Source of the DNA: Lama guanicoe
Taxonomy: Eukaryota
Direction: 5' to 3'
DNA length: 64,000 bases
Assembly (NCBI GenBank): GCA_013239625.1
Contig: MU053652.1
Location: 2,854,001-2,918,000 of the forward strand
Below the pieces are notes generated by a model that was not told where the DNA came from, ran no database searches, and was given only the letters and a program-made list of their open reading frames with translations. Shown one piece after another: positions 13,417 to 25,689 of the stretch; the first letter of the stretch is position 1, and every line of letters begins with the position of its first letter. The position numbers and the translations under genes were made by a program.

Positions 13417-13882
13417 TTATTTTTATTGAAGTATATTTGATTTACAATATTGTGTTAGTTTTCTGCTGTACAGCATAGTGGCTCAGTCATATATATATAC
13501 ATTCTTTGTCATATTCTTTTTCAGTATAGGTTATTACTAGATATTGAATATAGTTCCCTGTGCTACACAGTGGGACCTTGTTGTTTATCTATTTTATATG
13601 TAGTAGTTTGTATCTGCTAATCCCAACTCCTAATTTATCCCTCCCACTCCCTTTCCCTTTGGTAACCACAGATTTGTTTCCTATGTCTGTGAGTCTATTT
13701 CTGTTTTGTAAATAAGTTCATTTGTATCATTTTTTTTAGATTCCATATATAAGTGATATTACATGGTATTTGTCTTTCTCTTTCTGATTTACTTCACCTA
13801 GTATGATAATCTCTAGTTCCATCCATCTTGCTGCAAATAGCATTATTTCACAGTTTTTTATGGCTGAGTAATATTCCATTGT
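13417..13882 (-). mobile_element. Cetartiodactyl-type L1 3' end, 5'-truncated
   Basis: tttattgaagtatatttgatttacaatattgtgttag...tagttccctgtgctacacagtgggaccttgttgtttatc...ggtaaccac...agattccatatataagtgata...tggctgagtaatattccattgt. Confidence 0.9.
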
Positions 13883-14271
13883 TCTAAGAGTGGCTTGAGT
13901 GCAGTTGAGTTGCATAGTTCACCCCCTCCTTTCCTCAACCCCTGCTTAGCTCTGCTGCTCCAGGGAGAACCTACAGGAGCTGGAGAGGGTGCTACGCTGT
14001 CAGTGGAGGGCAAGAGAGGATGCCAATCCCATCTACTCTAGAGCTGTAAAATAGATGAAAAATTTCTATATAGAAATACATTCAGCAGAAATTGCATTTG
14101 AGGACAGGGACTTCTTTAGAATTGGGGGGTGGCTGATTTATCTTACAGTAATGAGGTTCTACTGATCTACTCGTGCTGTAGCCAGGAAGGAGATAGTCTC
14201 TCCTGACCAGTCACCTCTCCTTCCCTACCTTCAAATGCTCTCCATTTCTTTTGCTGTTTAAGTAGGAAATC

Positions 14272-14470
14272 AAGGTGCTGGAATCCCCTAGAGTTATGGG
14301 CATAAAGGTTGTGGGCGTATGAATGGGTCAGGGCTTTGCTCTTCATGGAATCCTAACCCTGTCCCCTCCTGGTTTTGGAGAAATCAGCCCCAGCGGTTGA
14401 TTGACTCCCTTTTTCAAGCCCACAAGCCCCAAGACCTTCATACCCATAGCTCTGGGGGATTCTAGTACTT
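14272..14470. repeat. Imperfect long inverted repeat (arms 14272-14309 and 14434-14470)
   Basis: aaggtgctggaatcccctagagttatgggcataaaggt versus reverse complement of right arm aagtactagaatcccccagagctatgggtatgaaggt. Confidence 0.85.
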
Positions 14471-14629
14471 AACTCCTTTTGTCTCTACCCTTAAAACTCA
14501 CAGGTTTCCAGGATAGTCTACCCCAGATCTGGAGAATTCTCTTTTGTTCTGAAACACCAGCGCTCCCCCTACCCCATCTATTTACAACTACTTCTGACAT
14601 TTACGATGTGCTTACTTGGAGTGAGATGC

Positions 14630-14790
14630 TTTTCTAGAAGACCATTAAATGTCTTCATTTTAATTTGCCTAACAACCTTAGAAGGTATAACTCCCATTTT
14701 CACATCTGAGGAAATTGTGGCATATGGGGTTTGACCAAGAGCCTGCAGCTAGTGAGTGGAAGAATCTGAATGAGAACCTAAATTGTTGAT
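14630..14790 (-). mobile_element. MIR fragment
   Basis: taacaaccttagaaggt...cccattttcacatctgaggaaattgtggc...cagctagtgagtgg. Confidence 0.7.
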
Positions 14791-15109
14791 GACTAAGCCC
14801 TGGAAGGTGGGTGCTGAGTTCTCACTTTGCCAATGCCTGTTTCATCTTGGGTCTGTTTCTTAAATGTATTTCCTTCACCTGAAAAAAAAATCAGTGTAGA
14901 CTATTGCAGTCCGGAGTATCCTTCCATCTAAAAAAACTCCTGTGGTCCTACTCAAAAATGGTTTTGAAACTGTAGAGCGCGCAGAACGGCAGCAGTGCCC
15001 CGGGAAATGTAGCTCCATGTGGGGAGATAACCAGTGACCGCTCTTGTGAATGGCTGGTTCTCAGGCTCTCTACAGTTTGCTGAAGGGGCTTGCAAATATC
15101 TCAGAAGAT

Positions 15110-15385
15110 CCTAGTGTTGAAAAAAATCATACAGAATTTAAAAGAGGTTGCAGACAGGAGGAAGGCAACCTTTGTCCAAATTTTAAATAAAACAAGAGAT
15201 TCTGGAAGCCAGATGAATGATTTGTGAGCTTTTATAAAACTATACAGTATTAGTAGGTCCAGTATGAATTCACTAAACAACAATGTAAAACTGACTTTGT
15301 TTCCTTTTGTGAAAGAGTTCACATATTAAGGTACACTGTTGACATATCTCGTCTTGATTTTACTAAAGTGTTTGACCAAGAATTC
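15110..15385 (+). mobile_element. CR1/L3 LINE reverse-transcriptase fossil
   Basis: Manual translation gives ADRRKATFVQILNK, QYEFTKQQCKTDFVSFCERV and VDISRLDFTKVFD, colinear with CR1 RT motifs (DW..A.V.PIFKK, QHGF.K..SC.TNLISF, VD.VYLDFSKAFD). Confidence 0.75.
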
Positions 15386-17179
15386 ATAGAAGACAGTTAC
15401 GGGTTGATTAGATCAACACAGGCTTCCTTTTTTATCCCCGGCACCCCCCCCCATATTCTCACCCTTACTCCATACCTATTGGAAGGGAATTATTAAGAAA
15501 AGGGCCTAGGAAACCATACGTTAAAAAAGCTTCTCCAGGTCTCCTGCAGCTGTTCCATAGACTGGTGTTTGAGAAAAACTATCAGAAGTTTTCAAACTTT
15601 TTGTGGGGGGCAAGAAATCCTTTCATCAAATGAAATGAACCTCTACCATATAAAACAGACTGTGACATTTTACTAATACTGTAAATGTTTTCGGGCTTTA
15701 CATTTACAATGTTTACTGGAGAGTCAGTAAGAACAATGACGCTATTAAGATATAACGAAAAAAATCTAAATCAGATGTTGATAACAACGGTCTCATAGCT
15801 GTAGTCACATTATCAGCTGTGTTTAATAAACTTGAATACTTTGCTTTAAATGCATAATACTTAAAAAATCTATTCTCATAGATAATTACTTGCAAATTAA
15901 GAGTGTTTCTGTTTCTGTTTTGTTTTTAAATAACTTGCCTTGGGATCCCAGGATGTTTTTCAGTTCAGCCCATTAAGGTAGAGGAATACTTGTTTCAAAA
16001 CCATAACCCTGTAACTAAACTTACGGAAACAATTGCTCACATTCCTTATCATAAATCTAAAGTCATACAGGAAACATCTAATTCTTAGAATAAATATTTG
16101 CCTTCCCTCAAGTAGGGTATTATCAGAAGGACTTTCTACTGTGATGAAAGCAAGGCCATAGCGACACCCCCAGCGCCTCGCCCCCGTCTGATGACAACCC
16201 ACACTGGGCAGGGTTTGTATTCATGTGCTTGCTTGAATGGCTCCTTGAGAGCAGAGCCTGCACAGCGGTGTTTTTCCTGTGACCGGGCTGGAGGTTCAAC
16301 TTCCCTTTCCAGTGTCACACTTACAAGAGGTCCATGTGTGCACCTGGCCGGGGAGCCTAAAACAGGGACTGCCTGGATCTCCTAGGCAGGATCATGGGTG
16401 CACAACCCTTTGTATCCTCAGTGGGTGAAAAGTTTGCCTATAAACCATTTCAGTGTCATTTTAAAAAAACTACAGCTTTTAAAATGTCTAACATGTATTT
16501 GAACATTAGAAACAGATGGTGGTGTATCCTTGTGGCACTTCCACAGGAGTCTTTTCAAAATCATTAGTCTGATATTGACTGGATGCTGGTTTATGTTAGG
16601 AGAAACGTTTGGTTCCCTGAGGAATAGAGAGAGAGAGTTGGGGACAACTAGCTTGTGCAGAGGAGAAAAATACTACAATTCAGAAAGTGAGTTTGTGTGC
16701 ACAAAGAAAGAACGAAGTCACTTGGAGTACAAATGGGAGCGGTGTGACCTTCTTTTGGCCAGGACAACAGGGAAGGCTTCCTGAAAGAGAAGACATTTGG
16801 GGAGGTCCTTGAGGATGCATAAGGCTTGGGCATGAGAATATTGGGGAGAAGCGATCATGTTCTAGGGCACTTCATCTTTTGGGAGAGTACAATTTTAGAG
16901 GAAAACAATGCAGACGTCACTACCCTCGAACAGATTACCTTCATTAATATATTGACTCTATATACATTAAAAACATAATTCATTCTTAATAAACTCAAAA
17001 AAGGATCATTTTCATTTATTTAAATATGCTTGGGGTTTCTTTTAAATCATTACTGTCAGACAGTGATTTACTTGTTCCTTAGACCTTTCCAGTGATACTT
17101 TGCCCAACTTGTCTGCCACTTTAAGACCCACCTGCAGCATAAATTTGCCCTAAAGCTGAGACCTGCAAGAATTACAGCC

Positions 17180-17290
17180 ACTCATTCATTCATTTGTTCA
17201 CCCATGCCGGTATATTGAGCACCTATTTATGCCCAAGATCCTGGAGAGTTGTAGGCACCCAGCAGTGAACAAGTCCAAACTGGACAGGTG
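17180..17290 (-). mobile_element. L2 3' end fragment
   Basis: cattcattcatttgttc...tattgagcacctatttatgcc...cagcagtgaacaag. Confidence 0.7.
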
Positions 17291-17744
17291 AATTAGATGC
17301 CTGGAAACCGCCTGAAGGTCTTATCATTAAACTGTATGTAAAAAGATAACAGTGCAACTTTTTCTACAAACTGATAACAGCATAGTGTACACCTCCTAGA
17401 GCTTTTCCATTTTAACAGGGATCAAAGCTTTGCCTCGAACTGCTTCTAATCAGGCAGTATGTGAGGGGAACTGTGGTTTTAGCTTTGGGACTTTTCCAGC
17501 TTATGTGATTTTTTAAGCAGCAGGATTGGTACTGTCCCATCTGTACTTTAAGGTGGGGACTAGCTCTGATAATACTCTTCTCAGGAAAGTAGCTTAAAGA
17601 AAATCCTACTGCACAGGGAAAATCAATTCAAAAATCAGTACGACAGAAAAGAGTTCTTGTTACAGTTTTGCCTTTTTGAGGGGCCAGAGAGCTGAGCGCA
17701 GAGAGAAGGAATACAGCTTAGTGCAGGTGCACAGACAGCGCGCC

Positions 17745-17915
17745 CCGCGCTTGGTCCTTGGGCAAGTCATTTACCCTCTCCATGCAGCTGTAAATAAGGA
17801 TGAAGGTGATAATAGTACCCACCTCAAAGGATTGTTGAGGGTCAGATAAGTTAATATATTCAGAACATTTAAAATTGTTCCTGCCGCAGAGGAAGCATTG
17901 AAGTTGGCCATTATT
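17745..17915 (+). mobile_element. MIR fragment
   Basis: ccttgggcaagtcatttaccctctc...gataatagtacccacctcaaaggattgttgaggg. Confidence 0.75.
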
Positions 17916-20900
17916 GCCTGTACCTATGTGTGTTTGCGGTTTCTTGGTTTTCTGAGACTATATAGGAGATAAAAAGCAAGAGTGGACAAGAAGATAGTTC
18001 AAGTGAGGATGGCTAATTCCTTCTTTCCCTTCCTTACCCTTCCCACCCTTCCACCCCTACAGACCCGAGAGTTGTTTGTCTTGTAAGGCGGCAACATCAT
18101 CTTTGAATGCATGACCTTGAAAATTTCTGATTAAGTCGTTCTGGGCAAAGCTCTAATGGTTGGAAAATGAATCAGGCCTCCCACACATACCTGCTCAGCC
18201 AAGAATTTGTTTGCCCCAGGAACTGTGGGTGGGCGGGAATGGAAGCGAGCACACACCCAGGCTTATGTGAACTCTCTGTTCTGGCTGGAGAGCGCCCTGT
18301 CACCCTTCTCCCTCCGCTCACCAGCGCTCTCCGGTCTTTTCATTCTCAATTCCAGAGACACGGATCTTTTTTACTCTTTAAAACGTGCTTTTTCTCCCTC
18401 CTTTCCCCAACTCCAGGGTAACTTCTACCCACCCCTCCCGGTGTGTTTGTTCTCTAACGTTTGGTTGTTTTATTTGTCCCTTGATGCTACACTTGGGCAA
18501 ATTTCTCCCAGTCCCAGGAAGGCAGCATGCAGCGTGAGATGATGAGCTGTGGGGCTCCCTGCATGGCTCCTGAGTTTTAGGGTCTCTGGCAAGGTCCTCT
18601 GGAAATGTCCTGGAATTTCCTGTTGGTCCTGGTAACCGGGGGTAGAGGCCCCCTCTCCTGCCTTTGCACTGGGGCGGATCACAGGTGCTGTCTGCTGTCT
18701 GCATTCTGGGGAGGCTGGTGAGGGGGTTCAGCACAGCACTGCGGAGGGGCTTGTTCTCCTGTTCCTGTGAAATGTGCCACCTCAGGACACGTGGTCTGCG
18801 TGACCTTCAGTTACTGGTTCCCGGCTTGTTTCATGTTTTTCTTTTTAGCCTATTTTACATTTGATCCCATTGTCCTGGTATAGTCTTGTCATTAGAGCAG
18901 GTGTGTTCTTTTCTGAGTGTGACAGCACGCGAGTACTGGGTCCTCTTCTGTGGGAGGCTCTGGGATGGGGGTGGAAAGAGGCCTTCTCAGGCCCTGGGAA
19001 ATCTTCTCTATGAGAGCTAAGCTTAGAAAGTGACTTAAGCTCTCTGAGCCTGTGTACCCACGCCTCCTCTCCTTTTAATTAAGTCTGCCCAGGGGTTGCT
19101 CTGGAGGTGAACGTGAGACTGCGTGGGACGTAGGGGACGTAGCCAGCTCTCTGCCACCACTCCTCTCCCTCTGCTTCCTCCTCGGATTGTGGAGCCCAGG
19201 CTTGTTGTAAAGACAGGAGGCACTGGGCAAATTCTTCCATTTCTAGCAAGCTGACTGGTATTTGGGGGCTTTTGCCGTCAGTCAGGATCTAGGTGGGTCT
19301 CCCCAAAAGAAGCACCCTTCCCCCTCGTGGCTGCTGGCTGAGGGATGTGCGGCAGCACAAACCCACTATGAGTTTTGCCACTTTATTTCTCCTCCAGCTT
19401 GCTCAAATGTAAGGAAGAATGGGCAAAATTAAAAATAAAAAGGATTCTGTTTTGAAAATTATACCCTATCTCCAAACAGCCTCAAATCAAGAGTAACCAC
19501 CAGACATCCTGTTCCTCAGCGTGTTTGCTGGTCGAGCGTTGCTGTGCTCAGGGCTCTGCACGGGCATTTTTCACCTTGCAGCAGGCCCGTGTCCTCTGTC
19601 ACTCAGCCCAGGACACCTCTTACTGCCGCTGTAAAGTTGTCGGACAAAAAGAAATCAGTGTGATCAAAGCTGCATCTGGCCAGTTTGCTGCCCCATCCTG
19701 CCCTTTTCCACTTTACAAATCTAGCAAATTTTTGGTAAAAAGATATGTTAATATAAGTTTATCTGATTGTATGACTGGATGTTAGGCCAGAAGACTTCTG
19801 CGAGCCCCCTGAAACATGTATCTCAAAACTATTTTTTTAAGTCTCACGGAGTGCAGTTTAAAGGTCTTCATTTACTCCTGGCCTCTGCCATTCTCACCGT
19901 GGAGAAGGTCCACTGTGCTTCCCTGTGTAGCAAGGAAACGGGCAGCAGCTCGTATGCAAATGCCTCGCCACCCACCGCAAGGGGGCCGGCCGGTGTCAGC
20001 CTGGTACACACCACCGGGACTGGCCAGGTTGTCGCCTGCAGAGCCCACACCCGTTCTGTTGCCACCCGGGGCAGCAGCACAGGAAAGAAAGTGGGACTAA
20101 AGGAAGCGGGCTGTCAGGGGTGGGGGGCAAGCGTGGGAATGTGTTCACAGTCATACGTGAGCGGAGAGGGGAGAGGGGAGGGCGTCAGGGCTGACGCGGA
20201 GCCAGGCCCTGCAGGACAGATTGCTGGTCTCAGGTGTGGGCTCACCTGTCGTCGTTTGTTCTTTGGGAGAGGCGCTGGGGTGCTTTATGGAGATCCTCCC
20301 AAATAGTGATTGATTACTGGCAATGGCTCTGTAGTTCCCAGATGTACTCACCTGTCCGTCACCCACCCTGGGACATCCCAGTCAGAACGGCTTTCGTGTA
20401 GTGACCAGAGCGCATATACTTGTCATGTTTTGAGAATTGCCAGTGGTGGGGTAAAAAGCAGGTTAGCTTGGGTATAGATTCTTAGGAAAATGAGAATTAA
20501 TGGTAAAGGCTTGCATGAAATAAGAGAAGACTGAGGACACAGGTCTCATTCTGGAATGCGGAGTTTTACCTTAAAGGCTCACGGAGTATTGTTGCGGTGT
20601 CTGGCCCGTGGCGGGCCCTGTGCTTGCTGCTGTCACTGAAGCGATACACTTATTCCAGACTTGAGGGGGATGCCAACGGGCACATTTTCTGCAGGCTTCC
20701 CAGTAACCATGAAAGATTGTTCTTTATATGCAAACTTTTGGCAAAATTATTTGTATTACTAAATAGCATATGTATATATATGTATGTACATAAATGAAAG
20801 CAAAATATTGGGACTATTTCTAAACAGCTATTAACAATAATTAGATAAAAATTACACATAAAATGATAAACCCTAATGAATGCCACAGAAATTCGTGCCT

Positions 20901-21024
20901 TTCTACCTAGAACAGGGTTCATTCAAACTAAGTTCCCTTCCAGTGTCAGAATTCCTTGTACAACGTACATAAGAGGTAATGATTTAGGCATCACCCTCCT
21001 CTCCTCTTCCTTCCTTCACTTTTC

Positions 21025-21420
21025 AGCTGATGTGTGCTCTGTCCAGTTCACCAAGGTAGCACTGTGAAAACGCAGATAAGTACCATAGTCCTGCCCTCAG
21101 AGGCCCCCAGTCTAAGAACATGTACAGCAGAGTGAGGTGGTGCAGGGAAGAGGTGTGTGAAGTCACCTGGATGAGAGCAGGCTCTCAGCCTGTTCGGACA
21201 GACAGCGCAGAATTCACAGAGGAGGTTATGTGGAAGCTGAGACATCAGGTCCGAAGGGGTGCCTAGAAATGAAAACACATCCCCGGCACGGCCCTTGTGC
21301 TGCGTGAGAGTCGTGAAGGCCTGTCTGGGGAATGGCATGCAGGTGGGCGTAGCTGGATCTGATGCTGGGGAGGAGCAGGGTGGAGGATGAGGCTGTATCT
21401 CATAGTGAGGGGAGTTCACT
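21025..21420 (-). mobile_element. L2 fragment
   Basis: cagataagtaccatagtcctgccctcagagg...cagtcta...ttcacagaggaggttatg...agctgagac. Confidence 0.5.
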
Positions 21421-21528
21421 ACTTTGGAAAAAAAAAGAGTTCTGTGACTGAGAAGTGTATTTTGTTACAAAGTGTTTCCTTGTATTGTGCCAAGTCTGTC
21501 TCCTTTTCTGTTTCACCCTTGGGTTCAG

Positions 21529-21582
21529 GTTGCAGGAGCAGCACAGAGTGAGCCCCTCTGCTCTTGCCACCTGCCTTTATAG
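21529..21582 (+). other. Candidate 54-nt internal exon, probably 5' UTR
   Basis: Polypyrimidine tract tctgtctccttttctgtttcaccctt, ttcag| acceptor and consensus TAG|gtaagt donor; no ATG; stops in two of three frames. Confidence 0.55.
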
Positions 21583-22792
21583 GTAAGTGGTTTTACTTTG
21601 AATCTTGCCCCAAGCTGTGTATATATTTGTTTACCCTTCTTAATAGGTTTTGGTTAGTAGTTTATTTCCTCACTACAACCCAGAGAGCGTTCCAGTTGGC
21701 CCTTTCAGAGTCTACAGACAGTTGATTGTGATCTCCAAGATTGATCTCAGGTCTCCCAAGGAGCTGTACCCTCGTGTCTGTTGGCCTTCTTTCTGCCAAG
21801 TTCCTCCCTCCGTGGTTTTACAGGATCCCAGCAGGCGGGGCAGTTGGGGGTGGTAGGCCGGCGTGTCCTCTGCTGCTTTCCCATCACACCGTCTCCTTCT
21901 GGTCATCTTAGGGCTTTAGAGAAGCAGAAGGTAGGCCCTTTTCACACACGTGCTGGGGATCCTTGTCCTTGTGGAACAGTAGTTTTTTCTTTTTTCTTTT
22001 TTTTTACAATCTTATCACTATTGTCTCATACTTTAGAAGCAAAATAAAAAGAAATACATACATGTGAGATGTTAATAAAATGGGTTAGGACTGAACTAAA
22101 ATAGCTCAGAAGGATTGAGAGAGGCATGTAACAGCTCAGGTCACATTTTCACATGAATTATCTGTAATTAGAAAATATCAGTTATGTTCTGAATGAGGGA
22201 TCTGGCCATGTGTGTAGTGTGAGACCCCTGTCTGAAAGCACAGGGACTCAATGGGTCCTAGAGAGCAATTCTAGGCTAACTGTTGGTTGAAGCCAGTAAT
22301 GTCGGTACCTTTAAGCAGTCATCAGTCGTCCACTCTTACCCCTGGATAAAAATTCTGCGCTTTCCTAGCCAGTGCCATGTTTGTCTATGGATCAGCCTCT
22401 TTACGAGAAAAGGATGGGATGGAAAAGGCTCAGGAATTTTGGTTCTCCCACACCCTCGCCTAATGCTGAAGCCAGGAGCTTACCTAGAGCTGTGGTCCTT
22501 TGTGGGGACCATTCTTCCACGTGGGGAGAACATGAGTGAAGGAAAGGGAGAGTAAAAAGAGAACCTTACGTGGTTCAGGTGTAAGTGTCAGATCTAATGA
22601 GTTAGCTGAGGATGCCCCGGGAAAGACTGTTTATTGCTTGGATTTAATTATCCTACACCATGGAAGGCACTTTCTTATTTTCCACATGAGTAAAACGACT
22701 AGTCTTAAATGCACTTGTTTCGGTCTGTAGCAGTGGTGCTTACAAAAGGGCTGGTGGGGAGAGGGGTAGGAGGGGGGTGACGAATGTTCAAC

Positions 22793-22963
22793 CACCATTG
22801 TACTCAAATTGTGGTCCACAGACCAGCAGCATCAGCATCACCAGAGAGCCTACTAGAAATGCAGAATCTCAGGCCCCCACCCAGAGCGTCTGGATCAGAA
22901 TCTGCATTTTAACAACCCCCCCTGGCAATCCCTGTGCACATTGCAGTTCGAAAAGGATGCTCT
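22793..22963 (+). mobile_element. MER5A1-like hAT-Charlie MITE
   Basis: tactcaaattgtggtccacagaccagcagcatcagcatcacc...tagaaatgcagaatctcaggcccccacccag...atcagaatctgcattttaacaa. Confidence 0.85.
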
Positions 22964-23974
22964 GGGTACTTACTGGGTGATGACAGTACCGGATTCACCA
23001 CAAGCGATTTGCCTTTCAGCACGCTTTAAGAAAAGCTGAACGAATGAGGTGTATCAGCCAGAAGTATTAAATGGTGAGAATCACAATTTAATTTTCTTTG
23101 TCACCGTTGGCTAAACAGCTACGTTCTGTTCGGGGAGGACAGGGTTCTGTTTACCACACAGATGACGTGCCCCATGGCCTGATGACAGCAGGTGAGGAGC
23201 TGCTTCCCTGCCCCAGGGTGAACAGGTTTCCATGGTGACAGTTATGTGCTGTGATCTCCCCGTATCCTCCCCCGCCCCCGTTATCCAACAGAGCAGAGAA
23301 TAAAAAGAATTAGTAGAATTTATCATGTCCATTTTTGACTTTACGTTATGTTATCATCATGGGTTTCTCAGGGGGAAAGTCTGAGCAGAGAAGCGTGGCT
23401 TCCTTAGTGCTGTGCGACCATTCTTTCTGGGCTAAACTCAAACTGGCACAGCTGACAGATGTCAGGGTTGGACCCTAGTGGCCTAAGCCTGGTTTTAAGA
23501 AGAATACTTGTGTTTGGTGTTTATCCCATTGTACATCAGCAGATGTTCCAGTGGGAAATCTCTGTGTTAAACAGTCATTAACTACCGTGGTCACATGTAT
23601 TCAGTGATCTTTCTCCTTACTTAGAGAAGCCTTCTATTTTCAGAGTAAATGAGAAATGCTCTTGGATAGTGGTGACCAGTATCACAGGTACTTGAATGTT
23701 CAATTCTTTTACAATGTGATGCAGTGATTTTTTTTTTGTCTGATCTTTTCCACCGTCTGTGATGATCATATATGACTTCTAAAAACCTACTAAGTTTTCT
23801 TTTGTAACATTAATAATGGAAACAAACAACCATTCAGTAATGAAAGGATTAAGACTGCTAAAATCAGCCATTAAGGGAGTTAAGAGTTAAAAGCCACGCT
23901 TTTCTAGGGCATTTCCTTAAAGTTCCATGAAGAGTTCATCAGCTTTTTAGACGCACTGCTGTGTGTTACTGCTA

Positions 23975-24890
23975 CGCTCTAGTCCAAGCCCCTGTGATCC
24001 TTGTCTGGACTGTTTCAGGAGCGCAGTAAGTGGTCCTGCTGCTTCCTCCCTTGCTCTCTCTTCACTCTGTTCTCAGCGCAGCAGCCAGAGCATATCTGCC
24101 TCTGCCCCACACACCTTGGTTGTATTGCAGGGCGCTCAGATTAAAAGCCAAAGGCTTTCCGGTGCCCTAAGAAGCCCATTTTTTTTTACCTCTCTGACCC
24201 CACATCCTGCTACCATCTCCCATGCATACCCCACATCAGACAGGCCACACTTCTGTCTCAGGGCCTTTGCACTTCCTGATCCTTGTGTCTGGAGCTGTCT
24301 TTCCCAAGGTGTCCGCATGACTTTCTTTCCAGATGTCTCTTAGGTCTCTGCTCATATATCAACTTCTCAGTAAAGCTTTCCTTGACCACCCTATTTAAAA
24401 TTTAACACCCTTCCCCACGACATACTTTGTATTTTACAGGTGTGCCTCATTTTATTGTGCTTTGCTTTATTGTGCCGTACTTCTCTGTGCTTTGCAGATA
24501 CTGTGTTTTTACGAATTGAAGGTGTGTGGCAATTCTGTGTTGTCAGATGATGGTTAGCATTTTTTAGCATTAAGTTGTTTTTAAATTAAAATACGTATTT
24601 TTTGACATAATGTTAAGGCACTGGAAGACTACAGTATAGTGTAAACATAACTTCTCTGTGCACTGGGAAGCCAAAAAATGCATGTGACTTGCTTTATTGT
24701 GCTGGTGGTCTGGACCCAAACCTGCAGTGGCTCGGAGATAGGCCTGTACTTAATGTATCTTCATTGTTTGCCTCCTCCTAGAACGTTACCTCCTTGAGAA
24801 GTAAAGGTTTTGTCTTGTTCATGTGTAGTCCACAGCGCCTGGACCATGCCTGGCTTATTCGAGGTGCACACTGTTTGTTGAACGCATGAG
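23975..24890 (+). mobile_element. L2 3' region, interrupted by a Tigger MITE
   Basis: tctcagggcctttgcacttcctg...ctttccttgaccaccctatttaaaat before the insert; cctagaacgttacctccttgag...tgtcttgttc...tttgttgaacgcatga after it. Confidence 0.8.
24437..24746 (+). mobile_element. Tigger1 internal-deletion MITE (Tigger1a_Art-like, Tc1/mariner)
   Basis: Ends caggtgtgcctc...gagataggcctg flanked by TA (24435-24436 and 24747-24748); Tigger1 5' end fused to tcagatgatggttagcatttttt...gactacagtatagtgtaaacataac 3' end. Confidence 0.85.
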
Positions 24891-25689
24891 TGAAGTTGGC
24901 CCTCTCCAACCCTGTGACTTAGATATGAGTTTAGAGTCAAGGGTATTGTGAGACATCTTCCTACCAATTTTGTTCTCATTGTTATTACATAAGAGGACTG
25001 AAATGTTAGGAGAACATCTTTAAAATGTTAACCACAGCTGTGAGCCATTTAAAACGTTCTACGCAGTGAGTTAGGAGATGCCAGTTAGTTGTTGATTTGT
25101 AAGGCAAATGGGAGGATAACACAGTCAGTACACACCAGGTCTCCTGTGTGCCAAGCAGGCGTGCCCTGGGGACAGGAGGAGGTGCAGTGCACAGGGCTTC
25201 CTTCAGGCAGCTTCACCTTTGCTTGCTGTCGGCCCCTTGGTCATGACAGCATCCTGCAGCAAACTCAGAGCCTTCTGTGCCCCGCTCCGAAGACCACCAC
25301 TTTGGGAATGTGTGCGCATGCGTGCGTGCGTGTTTGTTTTCCAGCGTTGTCTCATCAAGGGCTTCCTTTGGCCGCAATTTATGTTTTCCTTTTTGTTTAT
25401 AGTGTCTCCTAGTAACCCAGTGCCGCAAGTCCTTTCTGCAGAGTTGCTGCGCAAATGTATCTTGAACTTTGTGCCATTTCTCTTTTAGTATCTTAAGATT
25501 TATTTTGGCCACAGAAGTCTAGGAAACAATAAAGTTACAGAAATGCCTATCTAATTATTGGCACCCCAGGGGTCAGAGGCCACATCAGGGAGGGCGGAGC
25601 CCATTCAGTGGAGCCATATGGTCTGCCTGGCAGAATCATCCCTGTTTTGGTGATGGATACAGGAGATTCTCTAATGGCCCAAAGTCATC

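Noticed and set aside
19767..20306. 179-aa ORF
   Set aside because: No recognisable domain or splice context; expected by chance in GC-rich sequence
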